A stretch of 64,000 bases of DNA from an uncultured delta proteobacterium (GTDB taxonomy: Bacteria; Myxococcota_A; Polyangia; Polyangiales; Polyangiaceae). Under the pieces are notes generated by a model. It saw only the letters and a program-made list of their open reading frames with translations, was not told where the DNA came from and searched no databases. Location of the stretch: the NCBI GenBank assembly GCA_963782055.1, contig CAWAIF010000003.1:3264001-3328000 (forward strand), read 5' to 3'. The position numbers were made by a program, and so were the translations under genes. Of this stretch, positions 49,562 through 58,599 are shown one piece after another (the stretch's first letter is position 1; the number at the start of each line of letters is the position of its first letter).

Positions 49562-51388
49562 CTACTGGGTCTTGGCGACGACCCCTTTGAACATGCGCTG
49601 CGTGCGCGAAAGACCTTCGATCTGCTCCTTGAGGGCGGCGACGTCCTTCCTGTCCATCGCCTGCTTGGCCTTGACGACGATGGTCTTGGCCTTGTCGATC
49701 GCCTCGCGGCCGAAGTCGCTCGCCGCGACGATCTGCTCCACCTGCGGGAAGAGCCGCTCGATCTCCGCGGTGAGCTTGAGCGCCTCCTGGCGCAGGCCCT
49801 CGAACTCCTCCGAGACGCGCCGCTCGACCATGTGGTCCTTGGCGTTCTCGATCATGTTCTTGATCTCGTCGCGCGTCAGGCCGCTGGTGGCGGTGACCTG
49901 GATGGACTGCTCCAGGCTCGTCTCCAGATCCTTCGCGCGGACGCTGACGATGCCGTCGGCGTTGATCTCGAAGGTGACCTCGATCTCCACCTGGCCCTTG
50001 GGCGCCCGCCGCAGGCCGGTGAGGATGAACTCGCCGAGGACCTCGTTCTCCTCGGCCTGCTCGCTCTCGCCCTGCATGACGAGGATCTTCACCGCCGTCT
50101 GGTTGTCGCGGCTGGTGGTGAAGATCTTCTGCCGGCTGGTGGGGACGGTGGTGTTCTGCGGGATGAGCTCCTCGAAGTAGGAGCCGAAGGTCATGATGCC
50201 GAGGGCGTGGGGGGTGACGTCGAGGAGGATCATCTCCTGCTTCTCGTCCACCAGGGCCGCGCCCTGGATGGCGGCGCCCAGGGCGACGACCTCGTCGGGG
50301 TGCACGCCCTTCGACGGCTCGCGCTCGAAGAAGCCCGCCACCGCGTCCTGGATGCGGGGCATGCGCGTCATGCCGCCGACGAGGAGCACCTCCTCGATCT
50401 CGTCCTTGTCCAGGCGGGCGTCCTCGAGGGTCTGCTTGCAGATGTCGACGGTGCGCTCGATGAGGTCGAGGGAGAGGTCTTCCAGCGTGGCGCGGGAGAG
50501 CGATCGCTGCAGGTGGAGCGCCTCGTTGCGGCCGCTGGAGATGATGAAGGGGAGGTTGATCTCCGTCTCCTTCACCGAGGACAGCTCGCACTTGGCCTTC
50601 TCGGCGGCGTCCTTGAGGCGCTGCAGGGCCATGCGGTCCTGCCTGAGGTCGATGCCGTGCTCCTCCTTGAAGCCGGAGACGAGCCAGTCGACGATGCGCG
50701 CGTCCACGTCCTCGCCGCCGAGGAAGGTGTCGCCGGCGGTGGCCACGACCTTGAAGACGCCGTGGGCGGCGATCTCCAGGATGGAGATGTCGAAGGTGCC
50801 TCCGCCCAGGTCGTAGACGGCGACGGTCTTCTCGATGTTGCGGCCGTAGCCGTAGGCGAGCGCGGCGGCCGTCGGCTCGTTGATGATGCGGATGACGTCC
50901 AGCCCGGCGATCTCGCCCGCGTCCTTGGTGGCCTGGCGCTGGTTGTCGTTGAAGTACGCCGGGACGGTGATGACCACCTTGGAGACCGCCTCGCCGAGGT
51001 AGTCCTCCGCGATGACCTTCATCTCCTGGAGGATCATCGCGCTGATCTCCGGGACGCTGTACTCCTTGTCGCGCAGGACGATGCGCGTGTCGTGGTGGGG
51101 GCCCTCGACGATGCGATAGCTCGAGGTGTTGATCGCGTTCTTCACCTGCGGCGACGACCACTTGCGGCCGATGAGGCGCTTGGCCGCGTAGACCGTGTTC
51201 TCGGCGTTGGTGATCGCCTGGCGCTTGGCGATGTGGCCGACCAGGCGCTTGCCCGCCTCCGTCACGGCCACCATCGACGGCGTCGTCTTGTACCCGCCGC
51301 GGTTGGGGATGACCGTGGGCTGACCGTTCTCCACGATGGCCACGCACGAGTTGGTCGTGCCGAGGTCGATGCCGATCACCTTCTCCAT
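49562..51388 (-). CDS. dnaK: Molecular chaperone DnaK/Hsp70 (paralog)
   Basis: GIDLGTTNS, TVPAYFND.QRQAT, INEPTAAALAYG, DLGGGTFD, LVGGMTRMP, LLDVTP linker. No acidic C-terminal tail. Confidence 0.95.
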   Translation of the reverse strand: MEKVIGIDLGTTNSCVAIVENGQPTVIPNRGGYKTTPSMVAVTEAGKRLVGHIAKRQAITNAENTVYAAKRLIGRKWSSPQVKNAINTSSYRIVEGPHHDTRIVLRDKEYSVPEISAMILQEMKVIAEDYLGEAVSKVVITVPAYFNDNQRQATKDAGEIAGLDVIRIINEPTAAALAYGYGRNIEKTVAVYDLGGGTFDISILEIAAHGVFKVVATAGDTFLGGEDVDARIVDWLVSGFKEEHGIDLRQDRMALQRLKDAAEKAKCELSSVKETEINLPFIISSGRNEALHLQRSLSRATLEDLSLDLIERTVDICKQTLEDARLDKDEIEEVLLVGGMTRMPRIQDAVAGFFEREPSKGVHPDEVVALGAAIQGAALVDEKQEMILLDVTPHALGIMTFGSYFEELIPQNTTVPTSRQKIFTTSRDNQTAVKILVMQGESEQAEENEVLGEFILTGLRRAPKGQVEIEVTFEINADGIVSVRAKDLETSLEQSIQVTATSGLTRDEIKNMIENAKDHMVERRVSEEFEGLRQEALKLTAEIERLFPQVEQIVAASDFGREAIDKAKTIVVKAKQAMDRKDVAALKEQIEGLSRTQRMFKGVVAKTQ

Positions 51389-51416
51389 GGAAAGCCTTTG
51401 TCCTCTTGTATCACGT

Positions 51417-51463
51417 CTGAGGTCCGGCCGAAGGTCGGCCAATGCCCCGAAGGGGACGCCGAC
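51417..51463 (+). repeat. Solo diverged copy of the 47-bp palindromic element
   Basis: CTGAGGTCCGGCCGAAGGTCGGCCAATGCCCCGAAGGGGACGCCGAC; 38/47 identical to the array unit at 60369. Confidence 0.85.
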
Positions 51464-51472
51464 GCCGCTCTG

Positions 51473-53056
51473 TCAAGGCTTGCCGGCCCTCTTGAGCAAG
51501 GTCTGGATGTTAGCATCGCCCGGGGCGAGCCGCGCGGCGGTCTCGAGGACCCTCCTCGCGTTCAGCTGGAGGCCGGCCGCCAGGTACACCTGGGCGAGCG
51601 TGGTGTGGTAGGCGGCGCTGTCCGGCGTGAGCTCGATGGCGCGCTGCGCGAGGGAGGCGGCGTCGTGCAGGTTGCCGTCCGCCTTCATCATGCAGAAGGC
51701 GGCGCGCTCGTGCGCGACCGCGTCCTCCGGGGCGGCGCGCGTCACCCGCGACCACGACCGCGCGGCGTCGGCGTAGCGGCCGTTCTTCTCCTCGTACTCG
51801 GCTTGCTTCTGGTACGAGTCCGCCAGCACCTTGTTGGCCTGCGCCTGCGACTCGGTGAGGCCGGCCTTGACCTCCTCGTCCTCCGGGTTGAGCTGCGCGG
51901 CGAGGCGGTACGCGTTGGCGGCGGTCACCGGGTCCCCGCTGGCCATGGCCTGGCGGGCGGCCTCCACGTGATCGCGCGCCATGCGCACCTTCACCTGCGA
52001 GACCCGCAGCTCGTAGTGGCGGCGCAGGGCGTCGGGGTCGGCCTGGGGCTGCGAGGGCGTGCTGGGGGTGCGGGGGGCGGCGGAGGAGCGGCCGCCGAGG
52101 AGCCTGCGGGCCAGCGCGTCGCGGCGCGCCTGCTCGGACAGGTTCACCCCGGAGGACCGCGGAGGGGGGGCGGAGGAGGTCGCGGGCGGCGGGGACGGCG
52201 TCTCGGGTGTGCCCTGCGGCGGCGACGTCGTGCGCGGGGCTGGCTCCTCGGCCCGCGTCATGCCCGCGTGCATGCGCGCCTCGAGCGCGCGCGTCTGCGC
52301 CTGCTCGGCGAGGTAGCCGTCGTACTCCGCCCGGCGCTCCTTGTCGGTCAGCACGTCGTGGGCGTCGGTGATGCGGCCGAAGATGGCCTCCATCTTCACC
52401 TTGAAGGCGCCCATGCGTTTCCGGAAGAAGCGGTCGGGGTGGTAGAGCGCGGCGAGCTCGAAGTACGCCTTCTTGATGGCCTTCTTGGGCGCCCCGGTCT
52501 CCACCCCGAGCATCTCGTAGTGATCGAGCTCTCCCAGCCTGTAAAAGAGGTCCAGCACCTTGCGGCGGTGGTCCATCTCCATGTCCACGTCCTCGTCCAG
52601 CTCGGAGGGATCGTAGAGGCCGAGCGGGGGCTTGGGCATGCCGTCGGCCTGGACCTCGGAGATCTCCTGGATCGGGCGGGGTGGGATGGACGGGCTGCGC
52701 TTGCCGTTGTTCTCCGCCGGTGCGCGCGGGGCAGCCGGCGGCTCGCCGTAGGCGACAAGGCCCAGCTCCACCAGCTTGCCGAGCGACGCGCGCACGGCGT
52801 CCTCGGGCAGGCCGGTCAGCTGGATGATGTCGCGGTCGGAGATGGTACCGTCGATGCGCGACAGCACGAACCCGTCCACCGGAGCCAGCGGGTAGGCTTG
52901 CAGCGTCTTGCCCGCGGGCAAGGGCAAGAGCTTGGGAGTGCGCGGTGTTTCGGCGGACAACGGCGGGGCTCCGTTCGGGGCTCTGGCTCGGGGGAGTTGG
53001 TCGAGAGGCCCGACCCCCTTCCGGCGCAGTGTACTCAAGCCCGGGCGCGCCGGCAC
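51473..53056 (-). CDS. J-domain (DnaJ-like) protein with N-terminal winged-helix-like domain and C-terminal TPRs
   Basis: DHYEMLGV...IKKAYFELAALYHPDRF (HPD motif), DAHDVLTD.ERRAEYD, TPRs. Start uncertain. Confidence 0.88.
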   Translation of the reverse strand: MPARPGLSTLRRKGVGPLDQLPRARAPNGAPPLSAETPRTPKLLPLPAGKTLQAYPLAPVDGFVLSRIDGTISDRDIIQLTGLPEDAVRASLGKLVELGLVAYGEPPAAPRAPAENNGKRSPSIPPRPIQEISEVQADGMPKPPLGLYDPSELDEDVDMEMDHRRKVLDLFYRLGELDHYEMLGVETGAPKKAIKKAYFELAALYHPDRFFRKRMGAFKVKMEAIFGRITDAHDVLTDKERRAEYDGYLAEQAQTRALEARMHAGMTRAEEPAPRTTSPPQGTPETPSPPPATSSAPPPRSSGVNLSEQARRDALARRLLGGRSSAAPRTPSTPSQPQADPDALRRHYELRVSQVKVRMARDHVEAARQAMASGDPVTAANAYRLAAQLNPEDEEVKAGLTESQAQANKVLADSYQKQAEYEEKNGRYADAARSWSRVTRAAPEDAVAHERAAFCMMKADGNLHDAASLAQRAIELTPDSAAYHTTLAQVYLAAGLQLNARRVLETAARLAPGDANIQTLLKRAGKP

Positions 53057-53102
53057 AGTGATTGAAGCGGGTGAAATCGGGGGCGGCCCGCCGGTGGGCC
53101 GT

Positions 53103-54035
53103 TCAGCCGAAGCGGCGGTGCATCCAGGGCCACATCTCGGGCGCGGTGCGAATGCGGCGTCCCAGCTCCGCGTTGATGCGGGCGGTGAGGGCGAGCGCCT
53201 CCTCAGGCTCGGCGCCAGCGCCGGTGCGATCGAGGCGGGTGGCGGTGACGGCGAGCGCTCCCGCCTCTGTGCGCTCCACCGTGCAGACCACCACAGGCGC
53301 GCCGGTGCGGAGCGCGATGCGCGCCGGGCCGACGGCCGTGCGGGCGGGCTGGCCGAGGAAGGGGACCGGGGCCGACGGGACGCGCGAGGCGAGATCCATC
53401 GGCGCGCCCAGCACGCGCCCGCGGCGGAGCGCCCGCAGAATTCGCGCGGGAGCGGCCGGCGCGCCGCGGGGGATCGTCTCCACCCCGGACCCGCCGCGCA
53501 GGCGGGCGGTGAGCGCGTCGAAGCGCGGGTCGTAGCTCGCCCGCACCATCGTCGTGAGCGGGACGTCGTGCGCGACCAGCGTGGCGGCGAGCCGCTCCCA
53601 CGGCCCGAGGTGGGCGGAGGGCAGGACCACGCCCCGTCCCTCGGCCAGCGCCTCGGAGAGCAGCCGACGGGACGCCTCGGGAAAGGGGAGGGGCTCGAAG
53701 CCGCCGTGCAGCGCCGCCACCGTCTCCCCCAGCAAGCCGCCGAGGGTGACGAACGCCGCGCGGGCGAGCGCCTCCCGCTCGCTCCGCGACAGCCTCGGAT
53801 ACGCCAGCTTCAGGTTCGCCAGGGCGATGGCGCGCTCCCGGCGAAGGACGCCATGGAGGAGGCGGCCAAGTCCGCGGCCGAGGGCGGCCGCTGCCCGGCG
53901 GGGCAGGGGGCGAGCCGCGGTGAGCGCGAGCACGGCGAGGGCGTAGATGGCGTCGTTCTTCGCCCGCTGGGAGGGGGTCCACTCTCCGCCTTCGCGGACG
54001 TCGCGCAGAGCGAGCACCTCGCTCACCGGGTGCAT
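53103..54035 (-). CDS. Lipid A biosynthesis acyltransferase (LpxL/HtrB family)
   Basis: IALANLKLAYP, SAHLGPWE, VPFLG, IALRTGAPVV, PEMWPWMHRRF. Confidence 0.87.
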   Translation of the reverse strand: MHPVSEVLALRDVREGGEWTPSQRAKNDAIYALAVLALTAARPLPRRAAAALGRGLGRLLHGVLRRERAIALANLKLAYPRLSRSEREALARAAFVTLGGLLGETVAALHGGFEPLPFPEASRRLLSEALAEGRGVVLPSAHLGPWERLAATLVAHDVPLTTMVRASYDPRFDALTARLRGGSGVETIPRGAPAAPARILRALRRGRVLGAPMDLASRVPSAPVPFLGQPARTAVGPARIALRTGAPVVVCTVERTEAGALAVTATRLDRTGAGAEPEEALALTARINAELGRRIRTAPEMWPWMHRRFG

Positions 54036-54466
54036 CCCCCGCAGGAGCTGTCGACGCGGCTCCGGGCGGCGTCCACGCGGGCCCGCGCGTCGCTGCAGTC
54101 CGCGCCGGAGTCCAGCCGGCAGAGGTGCTCCGCGGCGCGCTCCATCGACGCCAGCGCCCGGCACGCCGTGGCGCAGTCCCCGAGGCTCGCGGCGACCTGC
54201 GCCTCGGCGCGCTGCAGTTCCACGCGCGCGCCGGCCCGCTCGTCCGGCGGCCTGGCGTAGCTGCCGCCGCTGGATGTCGGCGCGACGCTCGGGTGCATGG
54301 TGGAGGGAGCCGCGCCCCCGGCGCCGTTGTCGGCGGGCGCCGCCTCGGAGGGCGCTCCCGGACTCATGGCCGGCGCCTCCGCGGGCCTCTCCGCCGGGGC
54401 GGCCCCGCCGCACGCCGCGATCCCCACCGCCAGGGCGATTGCCCACGCCCAAGATGCCCTGCTCAC
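54023..54466 (-). CDS. Hypothetical lipoprotein
   Basis: Lipobox IAACGG. Cys-paired C-terminal helices (CATACRAL.SM....HLC...C). Confidence 0.75.
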   Translation of the reverse strand: MSRASWAWAIALAVGIAACGGAAPAERPAEAPAMSPGAPSEAAPADNGAGGAAPSTMHPSVAPTSSGGSYARPPDERAGARVELQRAEAQVAASLGDCATACRALASMERAAEHLCRLDSGADCSDARARVDAARSRVDSSCGGCTR

Positions 54467-55035
54467 TCGGCGCCTCCGTCTCCCAGCGTCTTGCCGATCA
54501 CGCGCTCCTGGATATCGACTGCCTGGCGCAGCAGCTGCTTGGCGTGCGCCTTCGCCTTCTCGGCCTCGTCGCTCTTGCCCGCGTCGGCGAGCTCCGCGGT
54601 GCGGGCCTCCTCCACGATGCCGTAGACCTCCAGCAGGTGGCCGCGGAAGTAGGTCGGCTCCGTGGCGTGCTCCAGGCCGGCCTGCACGTCCTTGGAGGCG
54701 CCGCTCACGTCGTTCTTCTTGAGGCGGAGGTCCGCCATGCGGGCGTAGGTATCGGCCAGCACCTCCTCCACCTCCGGCACCTTCTCGTCCGGGTGCGGGC
54801 GCGGCGCGGCGACGAGCTGGCCGAGGGCGGCGATCGCGCCATCCAGGTCGCCGCTCGACTCGTCCAGGTTGGCCTCGTGGTGGCGCGCGCGCGCCATGGA
54901 GAGGAAGGCGAGCAGGTCCACGTCCACCACCGCGGCGTCATCGCCGGAGATGGTGTCGTGCGGAGGGTTGCAGCCCACGGCGAGGCCGCACGTGGCGACG
55001 ACGAGCAGCGCGGCGAGGGCGGCGCGCGCCTTCAC
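54463..55035 (-). CDS. TPR-like lipoprotein
   Basis: Lipobox LAVGC, helical repeats, 4-bp overlaps on both sides. Confidence 0.75.
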   Translation of the reverse strand: MKARAALAALLVVATCGLAVGCNPPHDTISGDDAAVVDVDLLAFLSMARARHHEANLDESSGDLDGAIAALGQLVAAPRPHPDEKVPEVEEVLADTYARMADLRLKKNDVSGASKDVQAGLEHATEPTYFRGHLLEVYGIVEEARTAELADAGKSDEAEKAKAHAKQLLRQAVDIQERVIGKTLGDGGAE

Positions 55036-55550
55036 TTCACACCCCATCGCACGAACTGGTTCTCGCGCAGGTCGCTCGCGCGGGCCAGGGCGATCGTGTC
55101 GACGCGCGCGCTGGTGTTGCCGCGCTCGAAGGGCTCGTGGAAGAGCGGCTGGGTGGAGCGCACGTGGAGCAGCGCCTGGCCGGCGGGCGTCGTGCCCTGG
55201 GGCGAGCGGCCGATGAAGAAGAGCGCGGCGGCGGCCACCGCCAGGACGGAGGCGACGCCGAAGGAGACGCGGATGACCACGCCGCGGCGCCGGCGGCGAG
55301 CGCCGTCGAACTGGGTGAGGGCCTGCGCCACGATGCGGTCGTGCTCCCCGGGCTCGAGCGGCCGCGGCGCGTGGGCCTGGGCCAGCGCGCGGGCCACCTC
55401 CGCCCCCTCGTGCGGGCGGTCGGGGTCCTCCAGCGCGTCGCGCAGGCTCGACGCCTCGCGCAGCTCCTCCTCCGAGATGGGCGCGTCGGGGTCGAGCGCG
55501 GGATCGGAGCGCGGGGCCTCGGGCTGGGCGACGGGCTTCTTCTCATCCAT
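55032..55550 (-). CDS. Putative single-pass membrane anti-sigma factor
   Basis: Directly downstream of the ECF sigma gene. Acidic cytoplasmic N-terminus, RRRRR, then one TM helix. Confidence 0.6.
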   Translation of the reverse strand: MDEKKPVAQPEAPRSDPALDPDAPISEEELREASSLRDALEDPDRPHEGAEVARALAQAHAPRPLEPGEHDRIVAQALTQFDGARRRRRGVVIRVSFGVASVLAVAAAALFFIGRSPQGTTPAGQALLHVRSTQPLFHEPFERGNTSARVDTIALARASDLRENQFVRWGVK

Positions 55551-56145
55551 CGCTCACCTCCTTCTTCTCCAGGGCCTTCTTGAGCGCGGCGATCGCCCGA
55601 TGAAGTAGCACGTCGAAGGTCGCCGGGGTCACCTCCAGCGTGGCCGCCACCTCCTCGCGGGGCATCTCCTCCAGCACCCGCATGCGGATGGCCCGGGCGT
55701 AGCGCGGGTGGATGCGGCCCAGGGCATCCTCCACCTTGGCGCGGGCGGCGTCACGATCGCGGCGGTCGGAGAGCGCCTGGTCGATGGGGGTCTGCGTGCT
55801 GGTCGCGTCGAGCTCCCGCTCCAGGTCCTCCGCCTCGAAGAGCAGCGTGCGCTTGCGCGCGCGCAAGGCGTCGATGGCCACGCGCAGCGCGACCGTGCGC
55901 AGCCAGGGGTAGAAGCCCACGTTCTGCCAGGTGAAGCGGTCGATGCGCTCCACCACCTTGGCGTAGGTCTCGGCGAGGGCGTCGCGCGCCGCCGCGTCGG
56001 AGCCCAGACGCGGCAAGAGGACGTGCACGTAGAGGCTGCGCCCGTGGCGGTGCAGCAGCTCGCCCATCGCCGTGCGGTCCCCCGCCTGCGCACGCGCCAC
56101 GAGGGCGCGCTCCAGCTCGAGGTCGTCCCGCCGGTCCTCCGCCAC
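55543..56145 (-). CDS. ECF RNA polymerase sigma factor
   Basis: LVARAQAGDRTAM, FYPWLRTVALRVAIDALR, region 4 EEVAATLEV..ATFDVLLHRA. GTG 56145 preferred over ATG 56193 because of a -10 box 7 nt upstream. Confidence 0.9.
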   Translation of the reverse strand: MAEDRRDDLELERALVARAQAGDRTAMGELLHRHGRSLYVHVLLPRLGSDAAARDALAETYAKVVERIDRFTWQNVGFYPWLRTVALRVAIDALRARKRTLLFEAEDLERELDATSTQTPIDQALSDRRDRDAARAKVEDALGRIHPRYARAIRMRVLEEMPREEVAATLEVTPATFDVLLHRAIAALKKALEKKEVSDG

Positions 56146-56356
56146 GGAGGCGACGATACTCGACCAGGGCGGGAGGACCGATACGACGTTCATGCGTTTC
56201 CTGGAGAACGCCCACAGAGCCGCGAGCTTACAGGCCGGCTGCGAGGCAGCGGATCCGGCCAGTCGAAGGGTGGAGGTGGGGGATCAGCTGTCGCCGGCAA
56301 CCTGCCGGAATAACAGGACTCCCTCCTGTGCCCCCCCACGCGCCCGCCTCCCCGCC

Positions 56357-56388
56357 CGTCGGAGTGCAAGCGTGCTAGCACTCCGACG
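56357..56388. promoter_or_regulatory. 32-bp inverted repeat, candidate operator
   Basis: CGTCGGAGTGC-N10-GCACTCCGACG between divergent genes. Confidence 0.55.
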
Positions 56389-56483
56389 TTTCGCCGGTGG
56401 CCGTGGGGAGCCTCCCCCCGAGCAGGCGGGGCGGCCGGGAGCGTTGACGCGGAGCCCCGTCTGCCCCGACAATGGCGCCCCCC

Positions 56484-56930
56484 ATGGAGTCCGTGCTGCT
56501 TGCGCCGGGCGCCGAGGAGAACGGGCTGGCCGTCATGCTCGCCGACCTCGTGCGACAAAATCTGGACGCGAAGCCTCACAAGAAGCTGGACTTCGACGCC
56601 ATCGACGGCGCCATCGCCATCGTCGCCGACGACGCCGAGGTGGCCCTCACCCTGCGCTTCCACGGCGGCAAGCTCACCCTCTTCGACGGCATCGTCGGCA
56701 TCCCCGACGTCACCGTCCGCGCCTCCTCCGAGGTCATTCTCGCCCTCTCCAACATGCCCGTCTCCCGAAGGCTGGGCTTGCCGATCCCCGGCTGGGGTGA
56801 CAAGGAGGGCGCCAAGGTGGTCGGAGACGTCTTCCGGGCCATGCGTGGCGGCAGCTTCCACGTCTACGGAGGCGCCCTCCACATGGGAATGATGATGAAG
56901 CTGACGCGCGTCATGTCGGTCAACGGGTAG
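56484..56930 (+). CDS. SCP2 sterol-binding-like domain protein
   Basis: AIAIVADDAEVALTLRF.GGKLTL.DG....PDVTVRA...FHVYG pattern. Promoter TTGACG-N18-GACAAT overlaps ATG 56472, so 56484 is preferred. Confidence 0.65.
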   Translation: MESVLLAPGAEENGLAVMLADLVRQNLDAKPHKKLDFDAIDGAIAIVADDAEVALTLRFHGGKLTLFDGIVGIPDVTVRASSEVILALSNMPVSRRLGLPIPGWGDKEGAKVVGDVFRAMRGGSFHVYGGALHMGMMMKLTRVMSVNG

Positions 56931-56956
56931 CGGAGACGTCGGAGAAGGCAGACCGC

Positions 56957-57967
56957 ATGTCCATCGTCCGCGAGCTCTATTCCGGCCGGGCCGTCGTGCT
57001 GGCGCCCATGGAGGACGTCACCGACGTCGTCTTCCGGCGCCTCGCGCGCTCGCTGGGCGCCGACGTGTGCTTCACCGAGTTCGTCAACGTGGAGGGGCTG
57101 CTCCGAGGCTGCCGCAACGCCCGCCGCAAGATGCGCCTCGGGCCGGAGGATCAGCCCACGGTCGTCCAGATCTACGGCTCCAACCCGGAGCGCCTCGCCG
57201 AGGCTGCCGCGGTGGCCGAGGAAGCCGGCCCCGCCTTCCTGGACGTCAACTGCGGCTGCTGGGTCCCCAAGATCGCCGGCCGCGGCGCCGGCGCCGGCTG
57301 GCTCCGCGACCCGGAGGCGATGGTGGCCATGGCGGCGATGGTGGTGAAGCGCTCCTCGCTGCCGGTCACCGTCAAGACGCGCATCGGCTACGGCCCGGAG
57401 TCCACGATGCCCATCGTCGACCTGGCGCGCCGGCTTGAGGACGTGGGCGTCGCCGCGCTCACCATCCACTGCCGCACGGCCCAGATGGGGCACTCCGGGG
57501 CCGCCGATTGGTCCTGGGCCCGCAAGGCGCGCGAGGTCGTCTCCATGCCGGTGCTCCTCAACGGGGACGTGAAGAGCGCCGAGGACGCGCGGCGTGCCCT
57601 GGAGGAGACGGGCTGCGCCGGGGTGATGGTGGGCCGCCGGGCCATCGAGCACCCGTGGATCTTCCGGGAAGCCCGCGCCCTGCTGGACCACGGCGTGACC
57701 CTGCCCCCGCCCACCGCCGCAGAGCGGATGGAGACCTGCCGCACCCACCTGCGGGCCAACGTGGCCCAGCGCGGCGAGCCGCACGGGGTCCGCTGCACGC
57801 GCCGCCACCTCAGCGGCTACCTGCGGGGTCTGCGCGGGGCGGCCCTGCTCCGCCAGCGCCTGCTGACATGCGACTCCCTGGCCGGGTGCCTGGAGATCCT
57901 CGATGCCCACGAGGCCGCGCTGGAGACGGAGACGGCGCCTCTGCCGGAAGTGGCCGTCTCGGCTTGA
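56957..57967 (+). CDS. dusB: tRNA-dihydrouridine synthase (DusB-like)
   Basis: LAPMEDVTD, QIYG, DVNCGC, PVTVKTRIG, IHCRT, NGDV, VMVGR.AI..PWIF. Confidence 0.9.
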   Translation: MSIVRELYSGRAVVLAPMEDVTDVVFRRLARSLGADVCFTEFVNVEGLLRGCRNARRKMRLGPEDQPTVVQIYGSNPERLAEAAAVAEEAGPAFLDVNCGCWVPKIAGRGAGAGWLRDPEAMVAMAAMVVKRSSLPVTVKTRIGYGPESTMPIVDLARRLEDVGVAALTIHCRTAQMGHSGAADWSWARKAREVVSMPVLLNGDVKSAEDARRALEETGCAGVMVGRRAIEHPWIFREARALLDHGVTLPPPTAAERMETCRTHLRANVAQRGEPHGVRCTRRHLSGYLRGLRGAALLRQRLLTCDSLAGCLEILDAHEAALETETAPLPEVAVSA

Positions 57968-57992
57968 CGAAGGCGGGGGTGCCCACTAGGGT
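57964..57992 (+). promoter_or_regulatory. Sigma70-type promoter of the rpsP operon
   Basis: TTGACG-N17-TAGGGT upstream of rpsP. Confidence 0.6.
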
Positions 57993-58074
57993 GCGCGGCC
58001 CCGGCCTGCCGAGTAGCGCGCGACGTGCGCGATGCTACCTTTCCCGGGTCGCCCCCGATAGGAACCGCTCCGCA

Positions 58075-58326
58075 ATGGTCACCATCCGTCTCGCCCGCAC
58101 AGGCACCAAGAAGCGCCCGTTCTACCGCCTGATCGTCACCGATTCGCGCAGCCCGCGCGGTGGCCGCTTCCTGGAGAACATCGGCACCTTCAATCCCTCC
58201 AAGGAGGGCACCTTCCGCTTCGACGCGGAGCGCCTCTCCTTCTGGACCAGCAAGGGCGCCAAGCCCTCCGAGACGGTGACGCGCCTGCTGAAGCGTTCGG
58301 CCAAGGCTGCGGCCGCGAAGGGTTGA
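58075..58326 (+). CDS. rpsP: 30S ribosomal protein S16
   Basis: MVTIRLARTGTKKRPFYRLIVTDSRSPRGGRFLENIGTFNP...GAKPSETV. Confidence 0.97.
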   Translation: MVTIRLARTGTKKRPFYRLIVTDSRSPRGGRFLENIGTFNPSKEGTFRFDAERLSFWTSKGAKPSETVTRLLKRSAKAAAAKG

Positions 58327-58361
58327 GCGAGCCCGTGCCTCCCACATCGGAGGTGTCCCTC

Positions 58362-58599
58362 ATGTCCCTCAAAGATTCTGATCCGCACCATCGCGATGGA
58401 GCTCGTCGACTTCCCCGACAAGGTGGAGGTCCGCGAGATCGCGACGGAGAACAACAGCGTGATCGAGCTGCGGGTGGCGAAGGAAGACATCGGCAAGGTC
58501 ATCGGCAAGGAAGGGCGCACCGCCCAGTCCATGCGCACCATCCTGGCGGCGGTCTCGACGAAGCTCGGGCGGCGCGCCCACCTCGACATCGTCGACTAG
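58362..58599 (+). CDS. khpA: KH-domain RNA-binding protein KhpA (apparent +1 frameshift at 58376-58377)
   Basis: [10 protein letters not shown]...[28 protein letters not shown]. The GGAGGT RBS and ATG 58362 are one base out of frame with the body. Confidence 0.85.

Noticed and set aside
49832..53065. 1077-aa ORF antisense to dnaK and the J-protein gene
   Set aside because: Long antisense ORFs over GC-rich dnaK genes are a familiar codon-bias effect; no independent evidence.
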